From positions 186,001 through 250,000 of the IMG/VR virus record IMGVR_UViG_3300036766_000988: DNA of 64,000 bases; one strand, written 5' to 3'. This document shows, piece by piece, positions 1-9,570 of the stretch. Within the stretch, counting starts at the first letter, position 1, and each line of letters opens with the position of its first letter. Under the pieces are notes generated by a model. It had not been told where the DNA came from, did not search any database, and saw only the letters and a program-made list of their open reading frames with translations. Both the position numbers and the translations under genes were made by a program.

Positions 1-1691
1 GTACCATAGAGTTTCAGGAGCTTCGAGGCCATTTTCGGGCCGAAGCCGGGGACACCGGGGATGTTGTCAGACGTATCACCGTCGATGGCTCGGAAATGGA
101 CCATCCTGTCCGGCGTCGTCCCGTATTCCTTCTCGACCAGTGCGGCGTTGTAGAGCTTCTCTTTGCCCGCCCCCACGGCAGGAACCCACACCTGATCTGT
201 GGCTGAAACGAGCTGCAAAAAGTCCCGATCTGTCGAGATAACGACGTTTTGCTGACCTCGGTACGCCCCTCGGACGAGCGTCGCCACGACGTCATCGGCC
301 TCTTCCTCGACGTTCCACGCCTGCTTGATCCCGAGCAAGGGGAGGGTTTCGCGAAGCCAGTGGAACTGATCCCACTCGTCGTGAGCTGGGTAGAACGTCC
401 GCCCCCGAAGACGATTCGCCTTATAGGACGTAAACATTCGGGTCCGCCGCTGGCTCGACCCGTCCCATACGACGGTGATCTTTCCCCCTGGGAAGCGTTT
501 GAGGAACGAGCCGAGGCTCCGGAGAAAGCCGACGATGGCCCCCGTAGGACGGCCCTTCGAGTCCTTGAGCGTATCCAATCCAGGGCTCATGGAGCATCGA
601 ACTGCGAGGTTGTGGCCGTCGATGATGATGTTGTCGGTCATGGTCTTTCCCAAAAGGGTCCTCTCGATGGCCTCTACTTCATCATTCAGCACGGCAACTT
701 TGCCGAGCATCTCCTCAAACCACATCCACTTGAGGTACTGCGCTTCGATCGTCGCAAGCCTGTAGGAGGGCGGCGTGAAGAGAGGCAGGATTCCCAGTAG
801 ACGGTCTGCCCACCGGTGAAGCACCTCGAAGGATCGGAAGTTTTCTCGTATCGGGGTGGGGTCGAGCTGCTTTTCGGCAGCCTTCACCATCCCCACCAAT
901 TGGGTACCTCGCTGGTACCATCCGTGAAGCTTGTGCGCTGCTACGAAGGCACGAGCCACGGGGCGTGCATCCAAAGGTTCCCGCTCGACCACCTGTAGCT
1001 CGGCTTGCAACCCCAGCTCTTTGGCGATCCACCCGTCAAACTGATCCACGATCTGGAACCGTTGTCGGATCGGAACGATGCGGGCGTCGTCGAAGAGCAC
1101 GAAGGGCTTGACCTTCTTGAGCCAATCCCGGAGCGCCGCCAGCCTGGGCAGGAAGCTCGTTCGAGGAGCCTTCTCGACGAGCCGTAGGAATGACCTCGGT
1201 AGGGTGACGATCGACTCCTTGGAACGGAGTTTCACGTGGATCTGAACGCTTAGGTTCTCGGGGATGTCCTCGATGACCACCGCTCGGATTTGACGGTAGG
1301 GCCCGCTGGTGACTAGCACCGTATCGCCGACGTCAATTCCTTGGTCTTCCTTGTCGTGGATCTGGGACTTGAACCGGTCGATATCGGCATCGGTCGCGCA
1401 CGCAAGCTTCCTGACGGCACGGTAGCCTGAGCGGTCGATCTTGGTGATGACCGATTGCACGTAGCGGGAGCCTTCGAGCTTGTAGTACTTCTCGTCCGGC
1501 TGGGCGCGCTTGATGAAGGCGTACCCATCCACGAGGTAGTTGATCAGCCGATCCTCTCCCACGTTGGTCACCGACACGGGGAGGTAGATCTCGGCGTCCC
1601 GTATCTGATGCCGAATCGAGGCCCGAATGAAGTCGGGATCTTCGCCCTCAGCCTTCGGACTCAGCTCAAGAACAACCCATTCGTTCGCCAC
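1..1691 (-). CDS. NusG/RfaH-like (NGN+KOW) domain fused in frame to a 5'-3' exonuclease (FEN/PolA N-terminal family); truncated at window edge
   Basis: Manual translation from GTG at 1691: EWVVLELS...EIYLP...YLVDGYAFI...IDVGDTVLVTSGPYRQIRAVV (KOW). No stop before the in-frame Met at 641 (1050 nt downstream), then IIDGHNL...VVWDG...YKANR...EEADDVVATL...ISTDRDFLQL...GDTSDNIPGVPGFGPKMA. Confidence 0.85.
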   Translation of the reverse strand, partial: MANEWVVLELSPKAEGEDPDFIRASIRHQIRDAEIYLPVSVTNVGEDRLINYLVDGYAFIKRAQPDEKYYKLEGSRYVQSVITKIDRSGYRAVRKLACATDADIDRFKSQIHDKEDQGIDVGDTVLVTSGPYRQIRAVVIEDIPENLSVQIHVKLRSKESIVTLPRSFLRLVEKAPRTSFLPRLAALRDWLKKVKPFVLFDDARIVPIRQRFQIVDQFDGWIAKELGLQAELQVVEREPLDARPVARAFVAAHKLHGWYQRGTQLVGMVKAAEKQLDPTPIRENFRSFEVLHRWADRLLGILPLFTPPSYRLATIEAQYLKWMWFEEMLGKVAVLNDEVEAIERTLLGKTMTDNIIIDGHNLAVRCSMSPGLDTLKDSKGRPTGAIVGFLRSLGSFLKRFPGGKITVVWDGSSQRRTRMFTSYKANRLRGRTFYPAHDEWDQFHWLRETLPLLGIKQAWNVEEEADDVVATLVRGAYRGQQNVVISTDRDFLQLVSATDQVWVPAVGAGKEKLYNAALVEKEYGTTPDRMVHFRAIDGDTSDNIPGVPGFGPKMASKLLKLYG

Positions 1692-1692
1692 G

Positions 1693-3219
1693 TTACCCCC
1701 GTCCTGGCCAGGTACGCTCGAACTCCCGACGCCATTCGTCTGGCATGAGTACCCTGAGATCTGCATCTTGGTTTGGATCCGAGGTGAAGATCACCTGGGT
1801 CGGCTGATTGCTTCGTCCCCGAGCCTTCTCCAACGGGACGGTCTTGTGGTCAAGTTCTGTGAGCGCTTCGACATCACTGGACCCGAGAGAACCAATGCCG
1901 TCGGGGCGCAAACCCCGTCCAACGGGCTTCGGAGGCTGAACCGGTGCAGCCGTTACCACGGGGGGAGTAGCAGGAGCAGAGGCCACAGGAGCAGTTTGCA
2001 CGACGGGGCCCGTAGAAGTCCCCCCAGGGGCGGTCGTGACCCCTTCCGTCGGAGCTGGGCCGGATACCATGGGTCCAGCGGGTTCGCTTGTCACCACGGC
2101 TTCAGAAGGCGGCCCAGACACGATTGTCTGGGCCGGAGGCGACATGGGGCCTGCCACCTGGATGATCACGGAAGAGGCCTGGGGACTAGGAATACCGCCA
2201 GCGAGATTCAAGACATCGCAGATGAGGCTCACTTTGGTCGCATATCGAGTTCGCAGGAAGTATTCCGCGAGCTTGATGCACCCGACACCGTAGCGTTCCC
2301 AAAGTTGCTGTCCGAGAGCCCGGTCGACGTAGACGAACTCCGCGAACATGCCGTTGGCGAGTCGAAAGCTGTTCATGGCAGCTTCGGCCAACCCCGCCGA
2401 CACTTCCTCGGCACTCACCCGCTCGATAGCCTGTTCAATGAGGCTAATGGCTCGCTTGGAATCCCCCAGTGCGAGTAGGATTTCGTAGTAGGTCGCCACG
2501 ACATTGAGGTGCAGGTACTCCCGCACGCTCTTGAGGGTGACGTCTCCTGCTTGCGCGATCATCTCCAGCCGGTTGACCACATCACGCACGTGGCCGCCCG
2601 AGTAGTCGATGACCGTCAAGACAGCATCGTCTTCGTGGTAGACTTCCTCGGCGTTGAGGATCTTCTTCATCCGCACCAGCACGTCTTCTCGTGTGATCTT
2701 GCGGATTGCGTATTCCTCGCACCTGGAACGAATCGGGCCTCGGATCTTCTCCGGCTCTGTCGTACAGAAGATCCCCACCATCTTCTTGTCTTCGAGGGGC
2801 TTGAGCAAGACGTCTTGCGCGTCTTTGGACATCCTGTGCGCTTCGTCGAAGACGTAGACTCGCTTCGGTGCGTTGAAGACCGCGAAAGGTAGGTCGTCCA
2901 CGATGGCGCGAACGTGCTCTATGGTCCCTCGGCTAGCGGCGTCCTGTTCGACGTACGCTCCGGAGGTCTCGGCAAGGACGTCGCGACAGTTCTCACACTC
3001 GTTGCAAGGTTCGGGGTTGGCCTTGTTGAGATTCATGCAGAGCATCGCTCGTGCAAGGATCCTGGCAAGGGTTGTCTTCCCTTGCCCATGCCCACCTGAG
3101 AACACGTAGTTCGTGTCCAAAGCGGTATCCTTCGCGAGACGTGCCTTGAGTAGAAGGACGGCGCCCTCCTGCCCAAGCACGTCTCCGAAGGTCATAGGCC
3201 TATATTTGGTGTCCCACAC
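1693..3219 (-). CDS. dnaX: DNA polymerase III subunit gamma/tau (clamp loader)
   Basis: KYRP..F.DVLGQ, Walker A GGHGQGKTT, Zn module PCNECENC, Walker B DEAH, SRC, Pro-rich C-terminal linker; GTG start after GGAGG. Confidence 0.93.
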   Translation of the reverse strand: MWDTKYRPMTFGDVLGQEGAVLLLKARLAKDTALDTNYVFSGGHGQGKTTLARILARAMLCMNLNKANPEPCNECENCRDVLAETSGAYVEQDAASRGTIEHVRAIVDDLPFAVFNAPKRVYVFDEAHRMSKDAQDVLLKPLEDKKMVGIFCTTEPEKIRGPIRSRCEEYAIRKITREDVLVRMKKILNAEEVYHEDDAVLTVIDYSGGHVRDVVNRLEMIAQAGDVTLKSVREYLHLNVVATYYEILLALGDSKRAISLIEQAIERVSAEEVSAGLAEAAMNSFRLANGMFAEFVYVDRALGQQLWERYGVGCIKLAEYFLRTRYATKVSLICDVLNLAGGIPSPQASSVIIQVAGPMSPPAQTIVSGPPSEAVVTSEPAGPMVSGPAPTEGVTTAPGGTSTGPVVQTAPVASAPATPPVVTAAPVQPPKPVGRGLRPDGIGSLGSSDVEALTELDHKTVPLEKARGRSNQPTQVIFTSDPNQDADLRVLMPDEWRREFERTWPGRG

Positions 3220-3221
3220 GA

Positions 3222-3635
3222 TTAGGCCTCCGAGCGCCGCTGCTTTATTTCGTAGAAAGTACGTGCATCGTCCGTGTCTTTCCACTCTTGGTCAGGGATG
3301 CACCGGATCCAGGAGCTGAAGAACTCTCCGGCTTCTACGAGGAGCTTGTCTCCCGCGCACTCGATTTCGACCAGACCGGGATAGCCACGGATGTTCTCGT
3401 TGACGGAGCTGAATCCGCCTCTTTCCCGAGCTGCCAAGATCTCCGTCACATAAGACACGGTGCCCGGTTGACAGAACTTGATGATCCGTGGGTGCTTGGA
3501 GGCCTCCACGTTCTCTTGTTCGGTAGGCGGCCGGACCCGAACCCACAGGTTTCCCTTCTTCATCGACGAGCGTCGAGAATTGTGGGCCTGTACGAACTTG
3601 CGGACATCCTCCGCAAAAGCGTGTTCAGGAGGCAC
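3222..3635 (-). CDS. hypothetical protein
   Basis: 137-aa ORF tightly packed in the operon. Confidence 0.6.
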   Translation of the reverse strand: MPPEHAFAEDVRKFVQAHNSRRSSMKKGNLWVRVRPPTEQENVEASKHPRIIKFCQPGTVSYVTEILAARERGGFSSVNENIRGYPGLVEIECAGDKLLVEAGEFFSSWIRCIPDQEWKDTDDARTFYEIKQRRSEA

Positions 3636-3640
3636 GGGGA

Positions 3641-4120
3641 TCAGGTCTGCCGCTGGGTGACTTCCTCGGTGACTTCGGCCGCGATCTCTTCGATGTTGAT
3701 CTGCTTGGCGACGGAGGCGAAAGCAGTGAGGTCATTGTTCCATGCCCCGTGTCGGCGAAGGATCGTGGCGAACTCCTGGACGTCGGGCTCGCGCATGGTC
3801 CACTTCATGGAGCTGTCTTCCTCGTTCTCTTCTCCCGTGCAGCGTTCGAGGAGATGGTCGACGAGAGCCGAGCGCTGTTGCTCGCTCATGTCGTTCCACT
3901 GATCCATACCGACTTCGAGCATGAAGTCGGAGTCGAGTAGAAACTCCAGAACGCCGGAAACCTTGCGAACCTTCCCAGGGACCGGCTTGCCATTCTTGAT
4001 GGAGGCCTTGTCCACGAACACGTACTTCACCCGAGCCGTCGCCAGCTCGGGGTGGTACATGGGGATGAGGTTCTTGGCAATGGCCTCGACAGACTCCGCG
4101 CTACCGTAGACTTTGGGCAT
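3641..4120 (-). CDS. phage putative metallopeptidase-like protein (degenerate HExxH)
   Basis: HPELATARVKYVF...W..MSEQQRSALVDHLLERC...DVQEF...RRHGAW pattern. Confidence 0.6.
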   Translation of the reverse strand: MPKVYGSAESVEAIAKNLIPMYHPELATARVKYVFVDKASIKNGKPVPGKVRKVSGVLEFLLDSDFMLEVGMDQWNDMSEQQRSALVDHLLERCTGEENEEDSSMKWTMREPDVQEFATILRRHGAWNNDLTAFASVAKQINIEEIAAEVTEEVTQRQT

Positions 4121-4838
4121 TATGGGTCTCCATGTCGTCCGAACCCAATTGAGTTCGGAGGTACTCCTGGAACCGAACATCCCCCCAAGTTTCCCAGAGG
4201 TCTCCTGGGTCCTTGGTGAGCTTGTCGGTCCCGATCATCGGGACAGTGGGATACGAGATAGTCCGTATACCAAATTCGTGACCGTGACTCTCCCTAAAAC
4301 GCTTCGAGACTCTCCGGCCGGTCTCATCCGCATCATATCCGAGCCAAATCCGCTCTACAAGACGTCGTAGGATGCGGAGGAAAGGTTCGGTCACCCTTGC
4401 CGTGAGCGTTGCGACGACTCCAGGGAAGACGCGCTGCACCGGGAAGAGGTCGAAACCGCCTTCGACGAGATACACCGAGCGTGTTGCCCAGACGTGGGGC
4501 ATCGCTTGAGCGAGCCCGAAAAGGACCGCCTCGTCCTTCCCCTCGATAAAGTCCATGTAGCCCGCGCGGTCTCTGGACACGTACCTGAACTGCACCCCAC
4601 GGATGGTGCCGATCGTGTTCGTCAGAGGCAGGACCAGAACATCGTCGAGCTTGGCCCCTCCATCCGACCACTTGAGGAAGGCCTGGGGGTAGTCCGCATC
4701 GGGCAGCTCTTTGTTGAGGTACCCGAGACCGTACGTAGCGATCTGCTGTTCGGACACGCCTCTAGCAGAGAGGGCGTCGAGAACTCTTTCGTTCAGGCGT
4801 CCGCAAGCGCCTGTCGTCAGATCATCGAGCCACGTCAT
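4101..4838 (-). CDS. DnaG-type primase catalytic core (Toprim), no zinc-binding domain
   Basis: RG.S.....YGLGY, LFGL, VYLVEGGFD, LGYDADETG, KDPGD motifs. Confidence 0.8.
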   Translation of the reverse strand: MTWLDDLTTGACGRLNERVLDALSARGVSEQQIATYGLGYLNKELPDADYPQAFLKWSDGGAKLDDVLVLPLTNTIGTIRGVQFRYVSRDRAGYMDFIEGKDEAVLFGLAQAMPHVWATRSVYLVEGGFDLFPVQRVFPGVVATLTARVTEPFLRILRRLVERIWLGYDADETGRRVSKRFRESHGHEFGIRTISYPTVPMIGTDKLTKDPGDLWETWGDVRFQEYLRTQLGSDDMETHNAQSLR

Positions 4839-5403
4839 CGACCACCACCATGTTTTGGTCGATGCGTTGGAACAGCAGACCCAGATGGTCTTCGACGCGG
4901 GTGTAGATCCCGAGACGATCGGAACCCACGGTCACCAACGCCGCCCCCTTGGGTAGGTCTGACACGAGTACCTTCATCCCGTTCACCACTCCGGCAAACC
5001 CTTCTGGTACTGGCTCGCTCTTCCCTATCATCGCTGGGGCGTCGATCGCGGAGACGACGATCACCTTCGCTTCTAGGCCGAGACTTCGAAACCGGTCTAC
5101 GGCTGTCTGGATACCACTACACCGCAGCGGCCACTTCTGCTGCGTCCAAAGCCACTCGTAGAGACGGCGGAGCAGCCGGGGCTCTTCTTCGAAGGAACAC
5201 GGGGAGAAACCGAAGCGAGCGACCCCTGTACGGCTGGTGCTGGTGGGCAGGAAAACACCGCGAGCGTTGGTCGCCAACAGGGGGTCTTGGCCTTGATGGA
5301 GATCAACTTCTCCTAGGAGAGGGGCCTTGAAGTCTCCTCTCCGACCCTTGGGAGGAAGGAACCGCTCGGCCCTCAGCATGTGTTGGAACACAGAGGCGGG
5401 CAT
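4822..5403 (-). CDS. hypothetical protein
   Basis: ATG overlaps upstream stop (TGATG). Confidence 0.6.
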   Translation of the reverse strand: MPASVFQHMLRAERFLPPKGRRGDFKAPLLGEVDLHQGQDPLLATNARGVFLPTSTSRTGVARFGFSPCSFEEEPRLLRRLYEWLWTQQKWPLRCSGIQTAVDRFRSLGLEAKVIVVSAIDAPAMIGKSEPVPEGFAGVVNGMKVLVSDLPKGAALVTVGSDRLGIYTRVEDHLGLLFQRIDQNMVVVDDVAR

Positions 5404-5948
5404 CACGTGTCCTTCGGAGCTTCGAGGAGCTTGGCGATGTCGTAGCTCGGTTGTACCGGCTCGACCCGGATTCGAAGCATCCGATACCAAAGACGCTTCC
5501 ACCATGGGATCCGCACCTTGCTGACCTCTGTATCGAGCGCCCAAAAGAGACCGTACATCTCAGGCATGTGGCTGGACACCCACTCCACGTTCTCGACATC
5601 TCGCCGGAAATTCTCTTCGAGGGTCTCTTTGGTTTGGGTCGGCGTGAAGTAGGGGCACCTCTGTGCATCGATGGGGTCTTCGCAGATGTTGCCCTGCCAC
5701 TGATCGGGATGCTCAGCTCCCAACATGCAGAGCCCCATTGTCTGCACTACAGGAAGCCCCCGGGAATCAGCGACTCGGTTGAAGCTGTCGTTGGGAGATC
5801 CTTCCACCAATTTCCGTGTGTCGAGGGGTTGTTGGTGGTTGTGCGTGCAGAGATGAGGGAGACGACGAGATGCCTCGTCCACACGTCGATCTAGCTCCTG
5901 AACGAGCAGGAACCGGATACGATCTGTGATCTGGCTCTGGGTTTTCAT
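5403..5948 (-). CDS. hypothetical Cys/His-containing protein
   Basis: ATGA overlap with upstream gene; HLCTHNH and further Cys residues. Confidence 0.6.
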   Translation of the reverse strand: MKTQSQITDRIRFLLVQELDRRVDEASRRLPHLCTHNHQQPLDTRKLVEGSPNDSFNRVADSRGLPVVQTMGLCMLGAEHPDQWQGNICEDPIDAQRCPYFTPTQTKETLEENFRRDVENVEWVSSHMPEMYGLFWALDTEVSKVRIPWWKRLWYRMLRIRVEPVQPSYDIAKLLEAPKDT

Positions 5949-6640
5949 CGTGCGCCTCGCATTCGACGAAGACCGAGACTCCAAGAGCCGTTGGTCTCCT
6001 CAGTGACACTGTGACCCTGGTACGCTAGATCCGCGTGATCGAGAAAAGCTTGCTTCTGAGAGACGTATAGGATGTGGATCCCTGTCGTCGCAGCGAGCTT
6101 CTTCAAGAACTGTCCGGCCGCGTCGATGTATTCGTCGCCGTTGATCGCCCCCAAGGTCTCATCGAGGAACAGAACAGGGGCACGTTTCAGACGAAGGATC
6201 GCAAGGAGTCGCAGCACCAAAGACGCAATGCTGGACGGGCCCCCTCCGAACGATTCCAGAGGGTGCCCTCGAACCGCCATCGTCTCACTCCCCTGGCGGA
6301 AGAAAAAGTCGATGGCGACCTTGTTGTACTTCTGCGAGATCTCGGCTTCGAACGTGAGTTGCTGGTCGAAGAAAATCGCCCGTAGCCCTTCGGTGACGAT
6401 CCCCTCGATCGTCCGTACCTGATCGGTGACGAGCTTGTCCATCAGGACCCGGAGAAGTTCTCCGACTTTGGTGAGACGTTCGATCTGACGCGATAGGGCT
6501 TCGACCTCCCGCTGCTTACCCTCCAGGTCACCCACGATCTGATCGCGGATGGCCTGGATTCGAGCTGCGTTTCGGTTGAGGGTCTGGACCCGTCGGCGCC
6601 AGGTCAGTCCTTGCTGGGCATGAAGCGCGTCACCCGGCAC
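5945..6640 (-). CDS. SbcC/Rad50-like ABC ATPase, C-terminal half
   Basis: Short coiled coil, signature-like SFGGG, Walker B VLFLDE; no Walker A. Confidence 0.8.
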   Translation of the reverse strand: MPGDALHAQQGLTWRRRVQTLNRNAARIQAIRDQIVGDLEGKQREVEALSRQIERLTKVGELLRVLMDKLVTDQVRTIEGIVTEGLRAIFFDQQLTFEAEISQKYNKVAIDFFFRQGSETMAVRGHPLESFGGGPSSIASLVLRLLAILRLKRAPVLFLDETLGAINGDEYIDAAGQFLKKLAATTGIHILYVSQKQAFLDHADLAYQGHSVTEETNGSWSLGLRRMRGAR

Positions 6641-7917
6641 TTGCTACCACCTTCCGGACGCTTCTCGTTGCCAGCCTCGTCCTTCTCGGTGGAGGAGCCC
6701 CCGATGACCTTCCCTTCGTTGTTCATCCAGAACTCGTCGATCGTGCGGAACATCGCCGCACCTTTCGGACGCCTGTCATCCGGCGGCACCGTGAGCACGC
6801 GGAACAAGACCTCGTGTCCCTTCAAGTCACCGATCAGCTCGATGAGCTGTGTGATGTTGAGGTTGTACTGGAAGTCCTTCTCCTCCGCGAGCTGGACCTC
6901 GACCGGTACCGGGAAGGCTCCGGTCTTGGATCCCCCATCACTGGCGGTGAAGTAGAGCTTCTTCTCCGACGCCTTGTATTGAATGTGGATCTTGTCGCGG
7001 TTCGTTTCGAGCCCTGAACGCGTGAAGTTGAGAGCGTTCATGAGCGTGACCTTGGCCATACGGAAGACGTACTGGTCGTGCTTGAGCGGCAGGTAGGAGT
7101 ACTTCGAATGCGTCTTCGAGTGAAAGGCCCAACCGAAGACCTGCTCGCCCTCGACATTCCCTTCCTTGTTCTTGATCTCGTTGGCAGCGAACATCATGTG
7201 CTTGCCGTGGCGGATCTCGACCGGCCCCTCGCATTTGCTGAGGAAGGCCCCCAGCCGATCGAGGTGGGCGCCGTGAATGGCAACCCCGTCGTTCTTGAAG
7301 GCCTCCGAATAGAACCAGAAGGCCTTGGTACCATTCGTCGCGTACATGTTGCCGTTGCCCTTGGCCCATGCCTCGTTCGTCTCGTCGAAGATCTGCACCG
7401 TTTTGAGGTGGTCTTCGGCGCGGGTGTCCTTCGCATCGGCGATGAATTTCTTCGAGAGGCTGATCGCCTCACGTAGGATCCCCGCAGCGAACGTCTTCTT
7501 CTGCCCCGCGGCCTCGAAGTCGTCGTCGATTGGCGAGATGAACCTCGGGTCGAACGACATCATCTCCTTGTGAGCTTCGCTCGTCGACTTGAACTGCACT
7601 GCGTAGTCGGGGCCTTCCGTCTTCACGTCGAAGTCGATCTCGTCGTCAGGGATGTACTGGATCCCGGCGAGAAGCATGGGGGGTGCGATGAACGACCCCT
7701 CGCCATCGAGTTCGAGGAGCTTGATGTCCGCCCTGGCGACCTCGGTCTGGTCCCGTGAGTAGACGTGGCATCGGGGAAGCCCATCCTTCAAGTACGCCTT
7801 GAAGAGATAGCCTGCACCCCCTTGAGTCGTAACCGGACTCGGAGTGACGTTGCCGACGATGTTGAGAGCCCTGATGAGATCGGCAGCCTTGAGCTTGAAG
7901 CGCATGTTCATCCTCAT
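6604..7917 (-). CDS. DNA sliding clamp (beta/DnaN-like), divergent
   Basis: MRFKLKAADLIRAL..V N-terminus, ATNG (cf. ATDG), NITQLIELI; clamp-loader genes in the same block. Confidence 0.65.
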   Translation of the reverse strand: MRMNMRFKLKAADLIRALNIVGNVTPSPVTTQGGAGYLFKAYLKDGLPRCHVYSRDQTEVARADIKLLELDGEGSFIAPPMLLAGIQYIPDDEIDFDVKTEGPDYAVQFKSTSEAHKEMMSFDPRFISPIDDDFEAAGQKKTFAAGILREAISLSKKFIADAKDTRAEDHLKTVQIFDETNEAWAKGNGNMYATNGTKAFWFYSEAFKNDGVAIHGAHLDRLGAFLSKCEGPVEIRHGKHMMFAANEIKNKEGNVEGEQVFGWAFHSKTHSKYSYLPLKHDQYVFRMAKVTLMNALNFTRSGLETNRDKIHIQYKASEKKLYFTASDGGSKTGAFPVPVEVQLAEEKDFQYNLNITQLIELIGDLKGHEVLFRVLTVPPDDRRPKGAAMFRTIDEFWMNNEGKVIGGSSTEKDEAGNEKRPEGGSKCRVTRFMPSKD

Positions 7918-8186
7918 TTCTTGTCGAATGCGGCGATGGCCTGCTCGGCAGCCACGAGGTCTTTCTCGTACGCGACCACCATCGTATTCAGGTTCTGTTC
8001 GGCCTTGTCTCGTTCAGAGGCAAGGTTCTTGGGGTCATGCCCTGCTGCGCGGATCTCTTTGATCAAGACCGCCAGCTCTTCCTTTTTGGCTTCGAGTTGA
8101 CCTCCCACTCCGGCCTTCTTCTTGTTGAAGGCATCCGTGCGGCGGATCAAATCCTCGACCTTTTTCTTTAGTTCTTCGGGAGCCAT
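7914..8186 (-). CDS. small coiled-coil protein
   Basis: 90 aa, heptad-like; AGGAG RBS. Confidence 0.7.
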   Translation of the reverse strand: MAPEELKKKVEDLIRRTDAFNKKKAGVGGQLEAKKEELAVLIKEIRAAGHDPKNLASERDKAEQNLNTMVVAYEKDLVAAEQAIAAFDKK

Positions 8187-8230
8187 CGATTCTCCTAACC
8201 GTTAGTCTCGACTTTGAGCGCTGGGGCTTC

Positions 8231-9133
8231 TCAAAAACCCACGTCTTCTACACCTGCGCCGTCAGGAATGGGGGCCCGAATGCTGCCAAAATACGTTCCC
8301 TCGGGGCAGATGGGCTTGAACGCGCAGAGACGGCACCGATCGCCGGGACTCACCGGGAACAGCTCTTGAAGGGCGGCGGTCTGATTCGCCCCTTGGAAGG
8401 TCGCTAGCCGTGTCTTGGCCTCTTCGATCCGCTTCATGGAGTCGAGGACGCCGTTCTGTAGCTCCAAGAGGTCCGCTTCAGTGAACGGGACCCAGTCGAG
8501 CGCCTGCTCAGCCTCAAATCGCCAGAAAACGAACCCGATCTTGTCTGGCATGAAGCCGTGCCGCAGCCGATGGAGCATCGCGTACCACCGGAGCTGGCTG
8601 GGATCGACATACTTGTCCCGCCATTTGGAACCCTTGCCGTCCAGTAGGATCAGATCGTTGTGCGGGGGGATCCGCTTGATGAGAAAGTCAGCCCGCCCAC
8701 CGATGGTATGCCCTTCGATGGTGTGGTCGAGCTTCACTTCGGCTTCGGACTGAGTCGGGCCGAGGAGCTTGTGGTGCCGAATAATCGAGAGCCCCCTGGG
8801 GATGGCCGATCGCACGTCATCGAGGAGTGCCTCGGGAGTTTCGTAGTTGGCCTTCTCGTCGTCGGGCTTCCAACGGATTGCCCCGTCACGGGATTCCTTG
8901 ACGAGCGCTCTTCGATAGTGAGCGGGTACGAGACCGAGGAGCGTTTGCTCGATACCGGACTGCCGCCAGATGCGCTCACTGTAGAACGTCTCGAATAGCC
9001 CTCCGACGATGGTGCCGAAGAGAGAGTTGACCCGATTGTCGGGCACATCCAACCGCGTTTTGTTGACGTACTGGTGCCAGTAGATACGAGGGCAGGACGA
9101 GAACGATTTGTGACCTGTGTAGGAGAGGTACAT
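8231..9133 (-). CDS. PD-(D/E)XK nuclease, Cas4/AddB-like with Fe-S cysteines
   Basis: YLSYT...CPR, GRAD, LLDGK, QLRWYA, CRLCAFKPIC. Confidence 0.85.
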   Translation of the reverse strand: MYLSYTGHKSFSSCPRIYWHQYVNKTRLDVPDNRVNSLFGTIVGGLFETFYSERIWRQSGIEQTLLGLVPAHYRRALVKESRDGAIRWKPDDEKANYETPEALLDDVRSAIPRGLSIIRHHKLLGPTQSEAEVKLDHTIEGHTIGGRADFLIKRIPPHNDLILLDGKGSKWRDKYVDPSQLRWYAMLHRLRHGFMPDKIGFVFWRFEAEQALDWVPFTEADLLELQNGVLDSMKRIEEAKTRLATFQGANQTAALQELFPVSPGDRCRLCAFKPICPEGTYFGSIRAPIPDGAGVEDVGF

Positions 9134-9570
9134 CAGACCGCCTTGATGTCGCCCGGACGCTCGCCGGGGTAGTCGTTGAAGATGCCAAGCGCCTGACGCT
9201 TATGCCCAGTCTTCGTAGAGTGCTTCTCGTTTGCCTGCGTCATGCGTTGGATTTGGAAATCAACCTGGAGGTCGGACTGTTTCGACAACCACATCGAGAT
9301 GGTCGTACACATCAGAGACCAAAGGGGATTGACCCACCCGTCTGCCCGCTTGAAGAGACGGTCGTAGTTTGCATCTTCCATGATGAAGCGAACGTCTACG
9401 TCCCTAAAGTCACGTCGTGTGAGGGACGAGCCGACGAGGTAACATCCGTACTCACCGAGCGCCTGGTTGACGATCACACAGGCTTGGTTGAGATTGTACG
9501 AGTTCGTTGCTGGTAGGTAGTCCGCCCGCCACTTCACCGGCTCTGGGGCCTTCTCTTCGTCGATCATCAA
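9133..9570 (-). CDS. minimal nucleotidyltransferase (Pol beta superfamily)
   Basis: YLVGSS...RDVDVR (GS..DxD). Confidence 0.7.
   Translation of the reverse strand: MMIDEEKAPEPVKWRADYLPATNSYNLNQACVIVNQALGEYGCYLVGSSLTRRDFRDVDVRFIMEDANYDRLFKRADGWVNPLWSLMCTTISMWLSKQSDLQVDFQIQRMTQANEKHSTKTGHKRQALGIFNDYPGERPGDIKAV

Noticed and set aside
1693-3219. Programmed gamma/tau frameshift in dnaX
   Set aside because: No A-AAA-AAG or long A-run slippery site noticed
8231-9133. CRISPR-Cas system suggested by the Cas4-like nuclease
   Set aside because: No array or other cas genes seen; solo Cas4-like nucleases are common in phage recombination blocks
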